Shown: positions 19,433-29,137 of the stretch, in pieces
Layout: each line of letters opens with the position of its first letter
Numbering within the stretch: the stretch's first letter is position 1
Origin: Longimicrobiales bacterium
Lineage (GTDB): Bacteria > Gemmatimonadota > Gemmatimonadetes > Longimicrobiales > Gaopeijiaceae
Length of the DNA: 64,000 nucleotides
Direction of reading: 5' to 3'
Assembly: GCA_965238005.1 (NCBI GenBank)
Contig: OZ250165.1
Location: 1,824,001-1,888,000, forward strand
The notes under the pieces: model-generated
Databases searched by the model: none
Told to the model about the DNA's origin: nothing
The model's input: only the letters and a program-made list of their open reading frames with translations
Program-made: the position numbers and the translations under genes

Positions 19433-20170
19433 ATGAACGAGTTGAGCGGACATATCACCCTGGTCACCGGCGGGTCCCGCGGGATCGGCCTGGCCGTCTC
19501 GCAGGAGCTAGCCCGTGCCGGGTGCAAGGTGGCGGTGATCGGCCGGAACGAAGAAGCGGCCAACGCAGCAGCGGCGGCCCTCGAAGGCGAGGACCACCGG
19601 GCCTACGGCTGCGACGTCAGCGATGGCGAAAGCGTCGCGTCCGTCGCGGACCAGGTTACGAAGGATTTGGGTCCTGTCGACATTCTGGTGAACAACGCGG
19701 GGATCGCCCGGGACAACCTCTTCATCCGCATGAAGGAGGACGAGTGGGACGACGTCCTCGCGGTGAACCTCAAGGGTGCCTTCAACATGACGAAGGCCTT
19801 GGCACGAGGCATGATGAGGCGGCGGAGTGGGGTGATCCTCAACGTCACATCCGTAGTCGGCCTAATCGGCAACGCCGGTCAGGCGAACTACGCCGCGTCC
19901 AAGGCCGGCCTCATCGGCTTCACCAAGAGCATCGCCAAGGAGCTGGCGTCCCGAGGGGTGCGGTGCAATGCCATCGCACCGGGTTTCATCACCACGGCCA
20001 TGACCGCCGAGCTCCCCGAAGCGACCATCGAGGAACTCCATGCCAGGATCCCCCTGGGTCACCTGGGCGAGCCGTCCGACGTGGCCGGCCTCGTACGCTT
20101 TCTCGCCGGACCTGCTGCCCGCTACATTACCGGACAGGTCATTTCGGTGGACGGCGGGATGGTGATGTGA
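19433..20170 (+). CDS. fabG: 3-oxoacyl-ACP reductase
   Basis: TGGSRGIG, NNAGI, YAASK; fab operon position. Confidence 0.97.
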   Translation: MNELSGHITLVTGGSRGIGLAVSQELARAGCKVAVIGRNEEAANAAAAALEGEDHRAYGCDVSDGESVASVADQVTKDLGPVDILVNNAGIARDNLFIRMKEDEWDDVLAVNLKGAFNMTKALARGMMRRRSGVILNVTSVVGLIGNAGQANYAASKAGLIGFTKSIAKELASRGVRCNAIAPGFITTAMTAELPEATIEELHARIPLGHLGEPSDVAGLVRFLAGPAARYITGQVISVDGGMVM

Positions 20171-20236
20171 GGGAGGGCAGCTCTCAATATTTCAATGCTA
20201 CTGATGGCAGGAAGTACTCACCCTTGCGGAGGTACC

Positions 20237-20476
20237 ATGGCTGACAACACGGCATCGAAGGTCAAGGAGATCATCATCAACGAGCTGGGTGTCGATCCGG
20301 AAAAGGTCACAGGGGAGGCGTCGTTCGTGGACGACCTCGGAGCCGATTCCCTCGACACGGTAGAGCTAGTGATGGCCTTCGAGGAGGAGTTCACGATCGA
20401 CATCCCCGACGAGGACGCGGAGCAGATGAGGACCGTGGGGGACGCCATCGCGTACATCGAGAAAAACGCTGAGTAG
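20237..20476 (+). CDS. acpP: Acyl carrier protein
   Basis: [23 protein letters not shown] after GGAGG. Confidence 0.98.
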   Translation: MADNTASKVKEIIINELGVDPEKVTGEASFVDDLGADSLDTVELVMAFEEEFTIDIPDEDAEQMRTVGDAIAYIEKNAE

Positions 20477-20508
20477 GCACCCCGCATAAACCTGCAGGAC
20501 ATTCGAGC

Positions 20509-21777
20509 ATGACACCGTCCACCGGCGGTCGCAGAGTCGTCATCACCGGCCTAGGCGCGATCACTCCCGTAGGCAACGACGTCGCCTCGACCTGGGAGGC
20601 CCTGTTGGCCGGAAAGAGCGGTGGGGCCCTCATCACCTGCTTCGAGACCACCGACGAGTTTCCCACCCGGATCGCCTGTGAGGTAAAGGACTTCGACCCG
20701 TCTCACCTCTTGGATCCGAAGGAAGCTCGACGGTTCGACCGCTTCGCCCAGCTCGGCATATCGGCGGCCGACGAGGCCGTGACAGGGGCGGGGCTGGACG
20801 TGGAAGCGGCCGGCATCCAGCCCGAGCGGTTCGGCGTGATCTTCGGGAGCGGGATCGGTGGGATCTCGACTCTGGAGGCTCAGCACGATGTGTTGAATCA
20901 GAAGGGGCCGAAGAGGGTGAGTCCCTTCTTCATCCCGATGTTCATACCCGACATTGCCGCGGGCCTGATCTCCATCCGATGCGGGGCCAAGGGCCCGAAC
21001 TACGCTACGGTGTCGGCCTGTGCCTCCAGCGCCCACGCCATCGGAGATGCCTTTAGGTTCATCGAGCGAGGCGACGCCGACGTGATGATCGCCGGGGGAG
21101 CCGAGGCCACCATCACTCCTCTGGCCGTGTCGGGATTCGCCAACATGAAGGCCTTGTCCAGGCGGAATGACGACCCGGAAGGCGCTTCGCGTCCCTTCGA
21201 CGCCGGACGCGACGGTTTCGTGATCGGCGAGGGAGCCGGCTGCGTGGTGCTCGAGGCTCTGGAGATCGCAGTGGCGAGGGGCGCACCCATCGTGGCCGAG
21301 ATTGTCGGCTACGGCGTGTCCGCCGATGCCTACCACATTACCATGCCCGCTCCCGAGGGCGCGGGTGCGCAGTACGCCATGCGTATGGCTCTGGAGGACG
21401 GTGGCGTGGCGGCGGCGGATGTGGACTATATCAACGCTCACGGAACCTCGACCCAGGCCAATGACCGGAACGAGACGGCGGCCATCAAAAAAGTCCTGGG
21501 TGACGCCGCCTACTCGATCGTGGTGAGCTCGACAAAGTCCATGACGGGGCACCTTCTCGGAGCTGCGGGAGGAGTGGAGGCCGTGATCTCCGCCCTCGTG
21601 TGCCAAAAGGGACTGATCCCCCCGACCATCAACTACTCCGAGCCGGATCCGGACTGCGACCTCGACTACGCCCAGCACGGGGTCGTGGAACGTGACGTCT
21701 CGGTGGCCCTTACGAATTCCTTCGGATTTGGCGGACACAACGTCTGTCTGACCATCCGGGCCTGGAACGGGGAGTAA
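20509..21777 (+). CDS. fabF: 3-oxoacyl-ACP synthase II
   Basis: SACASS, NAHGTST, KSMTGHLLGAAG, NSFGFGGHN. Confidence 0.97.
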   Translation: MTPSTGGRRVVITGLGAITPVGNDVASTWEALLAGKSGGALITCFETTDEFPTRIACEVKDFDPSHLLDPKEARRFDRFAQLGISAADEAVTGAGLDVEAAGIQPERFGVIFGSGIGGISTLEAQHDVLNQKGPKRVSPFFIPMFIPDIAAGLISIRCGAKGPNYATVSACASSAHAIGDAFRFIERGDADVMIAGGAEATITPLAVSGFANMKALSRRNDDPEGASRPFDAGRDGFVIGEGAGCVVLEALEIAVARGAPIVAEIVGYGVSADAYHITMPAPEGAGAQYAMRMALEDGGVAAADVDYINAHGTSTQANDRNETAAIKKVLGDAAYSIVVSSTKSMTGHLLGAAGGVEAVISALVCQKGLIPPTINYSEPDPDCDLDYAQHGVVERDVSVALTNSFGFGGHNVCLTIRAWNGE

Positions 21778-21813
21778 GCCGGCCCGGGGTTCGAAGATCC
21801 GATGGGAGGTACC

Positions 21814-22323
21814 ATGAGGATCGGCTTCGGATACGACTCACATCGCTTCGACGAGGCCCGTCCGTTGGTGTTGGGTGGCGTCGAGATTCCGGATCACCCG
21901 GGCCTTGCCGGACACTCCGACGGGGACGCCGTGGCCCACGCCATCGTGGACGCTCTCCTCGGTGCGGTGGCAGCGGGTGATATCGGGCGGCACTTTCCCC
22001 CTGACGAGCCCGAGTGGAAGGATGCCGATTCCATGGAGCTGCTGGCCCGAGCCCTGGCGATTCTCGATGAGCGCGACTATCGGATCTCCAACGTGGACGT
22101 CACGGTCATCTGCGAGCGGCCCAAGATTGCGCCCCACTCCGACTCCATGCGACGGCGACTCGGGAACGTGCTCCGGCTTCCCACCGACGCCATCTCCATC
22201 AAGGGGAAGACCAACGAGGGCATGGGATGGATCGGCTCCGGGGAGGGTGTGGCCGTCCACGCGGTGGCGCTCCTCACAGCGGCTGGAGAGAGCGCCCTTC
22301 CCGGGGACCACAGGGGCCTCTGA
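21814..22323 (+). CDS. ispF: 2-C-methyl-D-erythritol 2,4-cyclodiphosphate synthase
   Basis: MRIGFGYDSH, GHSDGD, GDIG.HFP, KGKTNEGMG. Confidence 0.97.
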   Translation: MRIGFGYDSHRFDEARPLVLGGVEIPDHPGLAGHSDGDAVAHAIVDALLGAVAAGDIGRHFPPDEPEWKDADSMELLARALAILDERDYRISNVDVTVICERPKIAPHSDSMRRRLGNVLRLPTDAISIKGKTNEGMGWIGSGEGVAVHAVALLTAAGESALPGDHRGL

Positions 22324-22337
22324 GGCCTGTTGAGGAA

Positions 22338-23012
22338 GTGGACCAGATCCTAGGCCTCCTGGAGCAAACGTCCCCGTTCATCATCTACGCTCTGCTCGGG
22401 GTTGGAGCAGCCCTCGAGAACATCATCCCTCCCATTCCGGCGGACACGTTCGTTGTCCTTGGAGGGTTCCTGGCGGCTCGGGGGCAGGCCAGTGAAGGGG
22501 CCGTCTTCCTGGTCACCTGGACCTCGAACGTGCTGTCGGCGCTGGCAGTCTACGCGGCAGGATACCGCTACGGCTCCACGTTCTTTCGGACCCGCCTGGG
22601 CCACTACATACTGGATCCCGGGCAGCTGCAGACCGTCCGACGGTTCTATCGCCGCTGGGGCACTCTGGCCATCTTCTACACGCGATTCCTCCCTGGTCTG
22701 AGGGCAGTCGTGCCCGTCTTCGCGGGCGTGTCGCACCAGAACCCCCTACTGGTGGCCGTTCCCCTGCTTACGGCCTCCGCGATCTGGTATGGGGCCCTAG
22801 TGTGGGTGGGGGCCTTCGCCGGTCACAACCTGGAGTACATCCTGGCACTCCAGTCCCGGGTGAACATGACGCTGGCGGGCATCGCAGTAGTCCTCTTCGG
22901 GACCGTAGCGCTCTGGTGGCTCCGATCTCGAAGAAGACGCCGCGGCGAAGGGACCAAGGATCAGGCCGCGGCTTCGAGTGGTGGCTCGCGAACTTCGGAA
23001 ACAGGCCTTTAA
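22338..23012 (+). CDS. dedA: DedA family membrane protein
   Basis: ENIIPPIP.D and RFLPGLR....FAG motifs; GTG start after GAGGA. Confidence 0.9.
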   Translation: MDQILGLLEQTSPFIIYALLGVGAALENIIPPIPADTFVVLGGFLAARGQASEGAVFLVTWTSNVLSALAVYAAGYRYGSTFFRTRLGHYILDPGQLQTVRRFYRRWGTLAIFYTRFLPGLRAVVPVFAGVSHQNPLLVAVPLLTASAIWYGALVWVGAFAGHNLEYILALQSRVNMTLAGIAVVLFGTVALWWLRSRRRRRGEGTKDQAAASSGGSRTSETGL

Positions 23013-23014
23013 CC

Positions 23015-23914
23015 TTGGATCCGGGCGGCGCCTTCCGAGTCGAGCAGTACCTGGACCACCTCAACTTCGAACGAGGCCTGTCTCCGCGAACGATAGACGC
23101 CTACCGCCGGGATCTTCTGCGATTCGTGGAGTTTGCCGGGGGAGAAGGGAGGAGTGAGCCGGAGAGTGTCACGTCGGCGGACGTTCGGGCCTACGTGCTC
23201 CACCTGAGTGGCTTGGGCCTGGCGCCTACCTCCGTGCGCCGGGCCCAGTCGGCCCTCCGAACCTACTTCGGCTTCCTGCTGGAAGAGGGCATATCGGATC
23301 AGGATCCCACCGAAGGGCTTGAGAGCCCGAAGGTGGGCCGGCCCCTACCCGACGTCCTCGGCTCCGAGGAGGTCCTGGGCCTTCTGGAGGCCCCTCGACT
23401 CAATTCTCCGGTTTACTGGCGAGATAAGGCCATCCTCGAGGTGCTCTACGCCACGGGGGTACGCGTATCAGAGCTCATCGGCCTGAAGCTCGCGAATCTC
23501 GATCTTGAGCTCGGCCTGTGTACCGTGTCGGGGAAGGGGGCCAAAGAGCGCATGGTGCCGCTGGGAGGGCCGGCCCGGGTGGCCTTGCGACGCTACCTGC
23601 GGGACGTGCGGCTCGAGCTGGACCGGGGAAGGAGCGGGGGCCACGTATTCCTCAATCGGAAGGGTCGGCCCCTTTCCCGCACGGCGATCTGGAATCTGGT
23701 TCGAGAAGCGGCCCGGGCCGCGGGTCTCAGCAAGAAGGTCTCACCACACACGCTTCGCCACACTTTCGCCACCCATCTCCTTGAAGGCGGTGCGGACCTT
23801 GTGGCCGTGCAGGAGCTATTGGGTCACGCCGACATCTCGACAACGCAGATCTATACCCACCTGGATCGAGAGTACCTACGGAGCGTTCACAAGAAATATC
23901 ACCCCCGGTCCTGA
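23015..23914 (+). CDS. xerD: Site-specific tyrosine recombinase XerD
   Basis: ERGLS..T..AY..DL, LYATG.RVSEL, GKG.KER.VP, SPHTLRH.FATHLL.GGADL..VQELLGH.DISTTQIYTH; TTG start inferred. Confidence 0.93.
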   Translation: MDPGGAFRVEQYLDHLNFERGLSPRTIDAYRRDLLRFVEFAGGEGRSEPESVTSADVRAYVLHLSGLGLAPTSVRRAQSALRTYFGFLLEEGISDQDPTEGLESPKVGRPLPDVLGSEEVLGLLEAPRLNSPVYWRDKAILEVLYATGVRVSELIGLKLANLDLELGLCTVSGKGAKERMVPLGGPARVALRRYLRDVRLELDRGRSGGHVFLNRKGRPLSRTAIWNLVREAARAAGLSKKVSPHTLRHTFATHLLEGGADLVAVQELLGHADISTTQIYTHLDREYLRSVHKKYHPRS

Positions 23915-25503
23915 CGTGACGCCCGACCCTCGGCGGCGAAGAGGTCGGACTGGGTGCGAGCGTCGCCCAAGAGCCGAATCGCTTCGGCAAGAACCGGGTC
24001 GCGCTGAGACCGGATCTCCATGGAGCGGCCCATCCGCTCCATGCGCTCGGCGACGCGCACGGCCACGCGCCACTCCAGGTACTCACGGATCGTCGGATCC
24101 TCGATGTATTGCTCCTCGACCCCCTCTTCCGAGAGTGCGTCGAGAAAGGCCTCGAACTCCACCGGATCGACCCCGGGCTCCTCGCCGACGTCTCGGCGGG
24201 CGTCGGCCTGGGCGAAGGCGAACTCCTCGATCCGCAGGACTAGGGGTATCTGATCACGGGCGGCTTGAGAGATGAACTCGCGCTCGGCCAGCGTCAGGGT
24301 ATCGTTGGCGATCTCCAGATCCGGGAAAATCCCTCCTCCGGCGATCAGCTCGCGGCCGGCCTTCGTCGTCACCACGGGGAACGTGTCCGGGTTCTCTGGA
24401 ATGGGGCGTCCCTGCACGGTCCGGGGACGGTGGAGAGATCGACCCAGCGGCGTGAACCACTCTCCGGTCGTGAGGCGCAGATGCCGCTTCTCGGTGATCC
24501 GGAAGACGTTCTGGAAGACACCCTTGCCGAAAGTCCGCTCACCGATGACCAGAGCCCGATCGTGGTCCTGAAGCGCCCCGGCCACAATCTCGGCCGCTGA
24601 GGCGGAGAAGCGGTTGACGAGCACGATGACCGGCTTGCCGGGAATTCTCTCCGGCATACGGGCATCCCAAACCTCGTCCTGACTACGGCCCGTCTCCCCC
24701 GGAACACGGCTCTCTGCACTCGCGAGACGGGCGCCCCTCTCCAGGAACAGGTCGCCGATCATGAGCGACTCGTCGAGATAGCCCCCCGGGTTGCCCCTCA
24801 GGTCGAGAATTACGCCCCGAGCCGATCTGAACTTCACGAGGGCCGAATCGACCTCCTGGGAAGATCCGCGAGCTACCCGGTCGAGGCCGATGTAGCCCAC
24901 GTTGGAGCCCACCAGACCCGACGCCACGGCCGAGACGTGAACGCTGTCACGGCGGATGGCAGGGGTCAGGGGTGCCATCAGGCCTTGCCGGGCGATGGTG
25001 AGCCTGACGGATGTGCCCACCTCACCGCGGATGGAGTCCGACGCCACCCCGGTAGTCCAGTCCTCGGTGCTCTGGCCGTTCACCCCGATGATGAGGTCCC
25101 CGACCTGCAGCCCCGAGCGTTCCGCCGGCGTACCCCGGAAGACCGCTGTGATCGTGATGGCCTCGTTGAGGTTGGTGATCTGCACGCCGATGCCGGCGTA
25201 GTTGCCAGAGTTGCTCTCCTGGAACTCGTCGAATTGCTCGGGCGTGAAGACCTGAGCGTAGGGATCGTCCAGCTCCCGGATCAGGCCGTCCACGGCCCTT
25301 TCCCACAGAGCCGAGTCTCCCATGGCCTGGAGGCCGTATTCCCGAATGGCCTGGAAAGCGCCCAGGAACGTCTGAGCCCCACTGGAGACGGTTCCTTGTC
25401 CGCCGTCTTGCCTCGACCGAGTGTTGCCCGAGGATTGGCCGGCTGCGGGCAAGGCTACGAGGACGGCCGACAGGAGGCCGATGAGGGTCTTGCGATTCAT
25501 CAA
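23899..25503 (-). CDS. S41 family carboxyl-terminal protease (CtpA-like) with PDZ domain
   Basis: Signal peptide, LDDPY, GIG, DLRGNPGG, SASAAEIVAGALQD, TFGKG. Confidence 0.94.
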   Translation of the reverse strand: MMNRKTLIGLLSAVLVALPAAGQSSGNTRSRQDGGQGTVSSGAQTFLGAFQAIREYGLQAMGDSALWERAVDGLIRELDDPYAQVFTPEQFDEFQESNSGNYAGIGVQITNLNEAITITAVFRGTPAERSGLQVGDLIIGVNGQSTEDWTTGVASDSIRGEVGTSVRLTIARQGLMAPLTPAIRRDSVHVSAVASGLVGSNVGYIGLDRVARGSSQEVDSALVKFRSARGVILDLRGNPGGYLDESLMIGDLFLERGARLASAESRVPGETGRSQDEVWDARMPERIPGKPVIVLVNRFSASAAEIVAGALQDHDRALVIGERTFGKGVFQNVFRITEKRHLRLTTGEWFTPLGRSLHRPRTVQGRPIPENPDTFPVVTTKAGRELIAGGGIFPDLEIANDTLTLAEREFISQAARDQIPLVLRIEEFAFAQADARRDVGEEPGVDPVEFEAFLDALSEEGVEEQYIEDPTIREYLEWRVAVRVAERMERMGRSMEIRSQRDPVLAEAIRLLGDARTQSDLFAAEGRASRQDRG

Positions 25504-25662
25504 TTTTCTCTCAGTGGATGCGACGTTGGTCGGAGCCGCGTTTCTAACCCCGCGCCGTGGGCCCTCGTTCCCTCACGAAGATAGGCCTACGACTTAGGCG
25601 CCAGACTCCTTAACTTTTGCGATAACACCTTTTCCACGTCGACGTCCCGGGAGACGCCGCCA

Positions 25663-27456
25663 ATGATACGACCGGACGGGCGAACCCATCTCAACGTGGG
25701 CCTGGCCCAGTTCAAGCCCAAGAAAGCCGCCGTGGAGGCCAATCTGGCGGGGATCCGTGAGATGGTAGGCAGCCACGCCGGAGCGGTCGATCTGCTTGTG
25801 TTCCCCGAAGCCGCCTTGAGCGGCTACTTCCTCGAAGGAGGGGTGGCCGAAGCCGCGCGGTCCGCCGCCGAGGTGGCCGGGGGCCTGGGTGAGCCGACTC
25901 CGGACGCGCCGGACTTGGTCCTCGGCTTCTACGAGAGGCACCTGAGAAGGCTCTACAACAGCGTAGGTTATTTCAGCCCGGGGGAGGCCGCTTACGAGCC
26001 CGTACACATCCATCGTAAGATGTTCATTCCCACGTACGGCGTCTTCGACGAGGCTCGCTTCGTGGAGCCCGGTGGTGATGTACGCGCCTTCGACACCAGG
26101 CTCGGACGCGTGGGTATGCTCATCTGTGAGGAGATGTGGCACTCGCTGCCGCCGACAATCCTCGCCTTGGGCGGCGCCGAGGTGATCATCGCCGTAAGCG
26201 CTTCGCCCGCCCGGGACTTCACGTCCAACAGTGAGGGTCTCCCACACAACCTCCGGCGGTGGGACGCCCTGGCACCGGCCGCCGCGCGAGAGCACGGGGT
26301 CTTCGTGGTGGTGAGCCAACTCGCGGGGTCAGAAGGCGGAAAGGTCTTTCCTGGAGGATCCTTGGCAGTGGGACCCGACGGCGAAGTCCTCGCCCGGGGA
26401 CCTCTTTTCGAGGAGGGCGTCACGGTGGCGTCCCTGGACTCGGCGGCGATCGACAGGGCTAGGGTGAAGTCGCCTTTGCTGGCCGCCCTCGAGCAAGCAC
26501 TGCCCCACCTCCAGAAAGCGCTGACTCGCTCCCAGGGACCCGAGGTCACCATCGGGGTGGCTGCGGAAGAGCCGGGTGAGGCGCCCGTCATGGAGTCGTC
26601 GGGCGTCACGGTCCACCCGACCGTCAGTCCTGACGACACCTCCGTCCTCGATCTCGACGTGGAATTGGTGGAGAGAGTGCTCCTCGAGTTCATCCGCGAG
26701 GAGGTGGTGCGCCACCGGGGATTCGAGAAAGTCGTCATCGGGCTCTCCGGAGGCGTGGATTCGAGCGTCTCCCTCTGTCTGGCCGTGCGCGCACTCGGTC
26801 CTGAGAACGTGGTGGGGTTCCGGATGCCCTACGCCACCTCGAGCGTCGAGAGCCTGGATCACGCGGCCCTCATGTTGGAGGCTTCCGGGGCGGAAGGTCG
26901 CACCATCGAGATCACAGGGGCGGTGAACGCGTACGTTCAGGAGTACGAGCCGGATCTCTCACCCCTCCGGAGGGGGAATCTGGCTGCGCGTCTCCGTTCG
27001 GTGATCCTATTCGACCAGTCGGCCAAGCTACGGGCGCTGCCCCTCGGCACGGGCAACAAGTCGGAGCGATTGCTGGGCTACTACACGTGGCACGCCGACG
27101 ACTCCCCTCCCATCAACCCGCTGGGGGATCTCTTCAAGACCCAGGTATGGGCCCTCGCGCGCCATCTCGGCGTGCCCGACCTCATCGTGGACAAGCCGGC
27201 CTCCGCCGATCTGGTTCGGGGCGTCCATGACGAAGACGAGCTGGGCATCTCATACCACCGAGCAGACCCCATCCTGCACTGGCTTCTCAAGGGGTACCGC
27301 CCGGAAGAGCTCAAGGACTACGGATTCCTCGGAGAGGAGGTCGACCGAGTATGGCGGCTCCTCTCGTCGACGCATTGGAAGAGGGAGCTACCCACCGTGG
27401 CCATGCTCTCGTCCAGCGCCATCGGGGAATTCTATCTCCGCCCGGTGGACTACTAA
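25663..27456 (+). CDS. nadE: Glutamine-dependent NAD+ synthetase (nitrilase plus synthetase domains)
   Basis: FPE/RK/ICE catalytic triad; GLSGGVDS, GTGNKSE, DLFKT, KPASADL. Confidence 0.95.
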   Translation: MIRPDGRTHLNVGLAQFKPKKAAVEANLAGIREMVGSHAGAVDLLVFPEAALSGYFLEGGVAEAARSAAEVAGGLGEPTPDAPDLVLGFYERHLRRLYNSVGYFSPGEAAYEPVHIHRKMFIPTYGVFDEARFVEPGGDVRAFDTRLGRVGMLICEEMWHSLPPTILALGGAEVIIAVSASPARDFTSNSEGLPHNLRRWDALAPAAAREHGVFVVVSQLAGSEGGKVFPGGSLAVGPDGEVLARGPLFEEGVTVASLDSAAIDRARVKSPLLAALEQALPHLQKALTRSQGPEVTIGVAAEEPGEAPVMESSGVTVHPTVSPDDTSVLDLDVELVERVLLEFIREEVVRHRGFEKVVIGLSGGVDSSVSLCLAVRALGPENVVGFRMPYATSSVESLDHAALMLEASGAEGRTIEITGAVNAYVQEYEPDLSPLRRGNLAARLRSVILFDQSAKLRALPLGTGNKSERLLGYYTWHADDSPPINPLGDLFKTQVWALARHLGVPDLIVDKPASADLVRGVHDEDELGISYHRADPILHWLLKGYRPEELKDYGFLGEEVDRVWRLLSSTHWKRELPTVAMLSSSAIGEFYLRPVDY

Positions 27457-27544
27457 TGTTCCGTTGCCGAAGTTCCCGAGCCACCAAGAGGGTCAGATGC
27501 ACCGTGCCCTCGACTGGCCGAGACACTTTGGCAGCGGGACACTA
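27454..27544. mobile_element. MITE-like palindromic element 4 (short, inverted relative to element 3)
   Basis: Inverted repeat 27454-27473 / 27525-27544, 16/20; internal GAAGTTCCCGAGCCACC and GGCCGAGACACTT are reverse complements of element 3 subterminal sequences. Confidence 0.72.
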
Positions 27545-27552
27545 CCAGTGCA

Positions 27553-28584
27553 CTAGCCGACGCCGATCACCTTCCGCCGTATGCTCTCGAGGACTGGCAA
27601 GGGAGTGAGCTCGCCGTCGATGATGGAGGCCAGCTCCTCCTCTTCCAGCCAGTGGGCCTCCAACTCCGCCAGCTCGAGCTCGAGGAGCCGCTGTTCCACC
27701 GCCTCGTTAGCGGCGATCTCGAGCGCGATGGCGCCGGTCCTCTGCAGGTCACCCAGGCGGCGCCCTTGCTTGACCACGATGCGGGTCAGGTCGTGGGGGC
27801 TGCCGGCTTCCTGGATCAGTCGAGTCGCTGAGCGCACACGTCCCTCCGTGGCGCCGGAGTGGTGGTGATAGGCCAGGAGGCGCCGGGAGACGTGCTCGCC
27901 CTCCTTACCCTCTAGTCGCAGCCCACCCTCGCGCAGATCCCCGCACACAGGACACCGCTGGGTCACAGCCAGTGAATCACCCGGGTCTCTACCCGCCGTG
28001 AGGATCAGACGCCCCCGGTCCCGATAGGCCAGCGACCGGAACCGGTGTCCGCATCGGGCGCAGTCGTGTCGACCACGCCATGCGCTGCTCCCGAAACGAA
28101 GCCAGCGGGCGGCCTCGGCGACCCGGTCGGGTGCATTCTCCCACAGAAACCAGGCGCCCAGCCACCCTATTCCTCCGGTGGCCCACCCCCCGGCGATGGC
28201 CGCACCGGCCGCCGCAGTGCCCATGAACATTAGCTTCTTGTGCTTGGTGGCGCGCTCCGTGAGCTCCCGGCCGTACCGCCACCAGGCCTCCTCGGTGAGA
28301 TTTGCCCTGCCCACACGGACCACGTCGAGGTGTCCGACGCGAAGAAGCGCCACGTTGTCCGTCTGAGAGAGAAGACGAGAGCGGTCGGTCACGACCTTCT
28401 CGAGCTCCTCGAGGGCCTCCCAGCGCTCTTCGATGGGTGCCAGGGACCAGCGCCTGCATGACCTGCAGACGGCCCATAGCCGGCCGCGCTCAGGGTCGTA
28501 CGCCACCCGCATGGAGGTCGGAAAGTGTTCGAGCTCCTCGTTGGCGGAGAAGGGCGTGTGGCAGACCAGACAGTACGTGAACAG
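27553..28584 (-). CDS. Hypothetical protein with several CxxC pairs
   Basis: Long ORF with CLVC, CRSC, CARC and CPVC. Start uncertain: the ORF-track start at 28674 lies inside a MITE, and the frame has CTG at 28584 just before FTYCLVC. Confidence 0.75.
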   Translation of the reverse strand: MFTYCLVCHTPFSANEELEHFPTSMRVAYDPERGRLWAVCRSCRRWSLAPIEERWEALEELEKVVTDRSRLLSQTDNVALLRVGHLDVVRVGRANLTEEAWWRYGRELTERATKHKKLMFMGTAAAGAAIAGGWATGGIGWLGAWFLWENAPDRVAEAARWLRFGSSAWRGRHDCARCGHRFRSLAYRDRGRLILTAGRDPGDSLAVTQRCPVCGDLREGGLRLEGKEGEHVSRRLLAYHHHSGATEGRVRSATRLIQEAGSPHDLTRIVVKQGRRLGDLQRTGAIALEIAANEAVEQRLLELELAELEAHWLEEEELASIIDGELTPLPVLESIRRKVIGVG

Positions 28585-28624
28585 CGGAGAGCTCCGTCGG
28601 CCGAAAGTGGACCCGAGGCATATC

Positions 28625-28981
28625 CTAGAGGCCGGTTGAAGAAGTGGGGCGAGCCGCGTTAGGAGCGCCGACAAGCGCTAGCGCTTGTTACCGGCCAGAT
28701 CCTAGGCGGAGCTCCGCAGTCATAGCCATAGGTACGGCAAGGAGTTCCAACAACGGAGATGACCCCGTGCCGCCCTAACCCGAAGGGCGAAGGGGGGTTG
28801 CGGGCCCATAGCGCGTCTCTCTTCCTCGCCGTAGCCATGCTACGCCTCGTCATCGTTCGTTCTTCGCCTTCGGCTCAGGTGTCGCGGGTCCGCGACGTTC
28901 TGTGGTCACCGCAAGACCGGGGTACCCGCGCCGAAGGCGTGGGTCGCGCGGCCGCACCCCACTTCTTCAACAGGCCTCTAG
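28625..28981. mobile_element. MITE-like palindromic element 5
   Basis: CTAGAGGCCGGTTGAAGAAGTGGGG ... CCCCACTTCTTCAACAGGCCTCTAG, with CTAG at both ends; internal modules match element 6 in reverse orientation. Confidence 0.82.
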
Positions 28982-29137
28982 ATACACCGATCACCGTGCC
29001 CGGGTTACGAGTAGGCGACCCGGTTTATTCCATTGCCAGGGGAGATAGAACGGTCCGAGGCAGGCGAAGGGGCTGGCCTTCGCGCGCCAGGATCCCCAAC
29101 TTGGCCGGCACGGATCTTCTGCAGTGGACAGGCGTCC

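Noticed and set aside
23015..23914. Tyrosine recombinase as a phage or island integrase
   Set aside because: The sequence is typical housekeeping XerD, with no att site, tRNA or cargo genes.
29105..29123. Possible sigma-54 promoter CGGCACGGATCTTCTGC before trpG/pabA
   Set aside because: The GG-to-GC spacing is two bases longer than the strict -24/-12 spacing.
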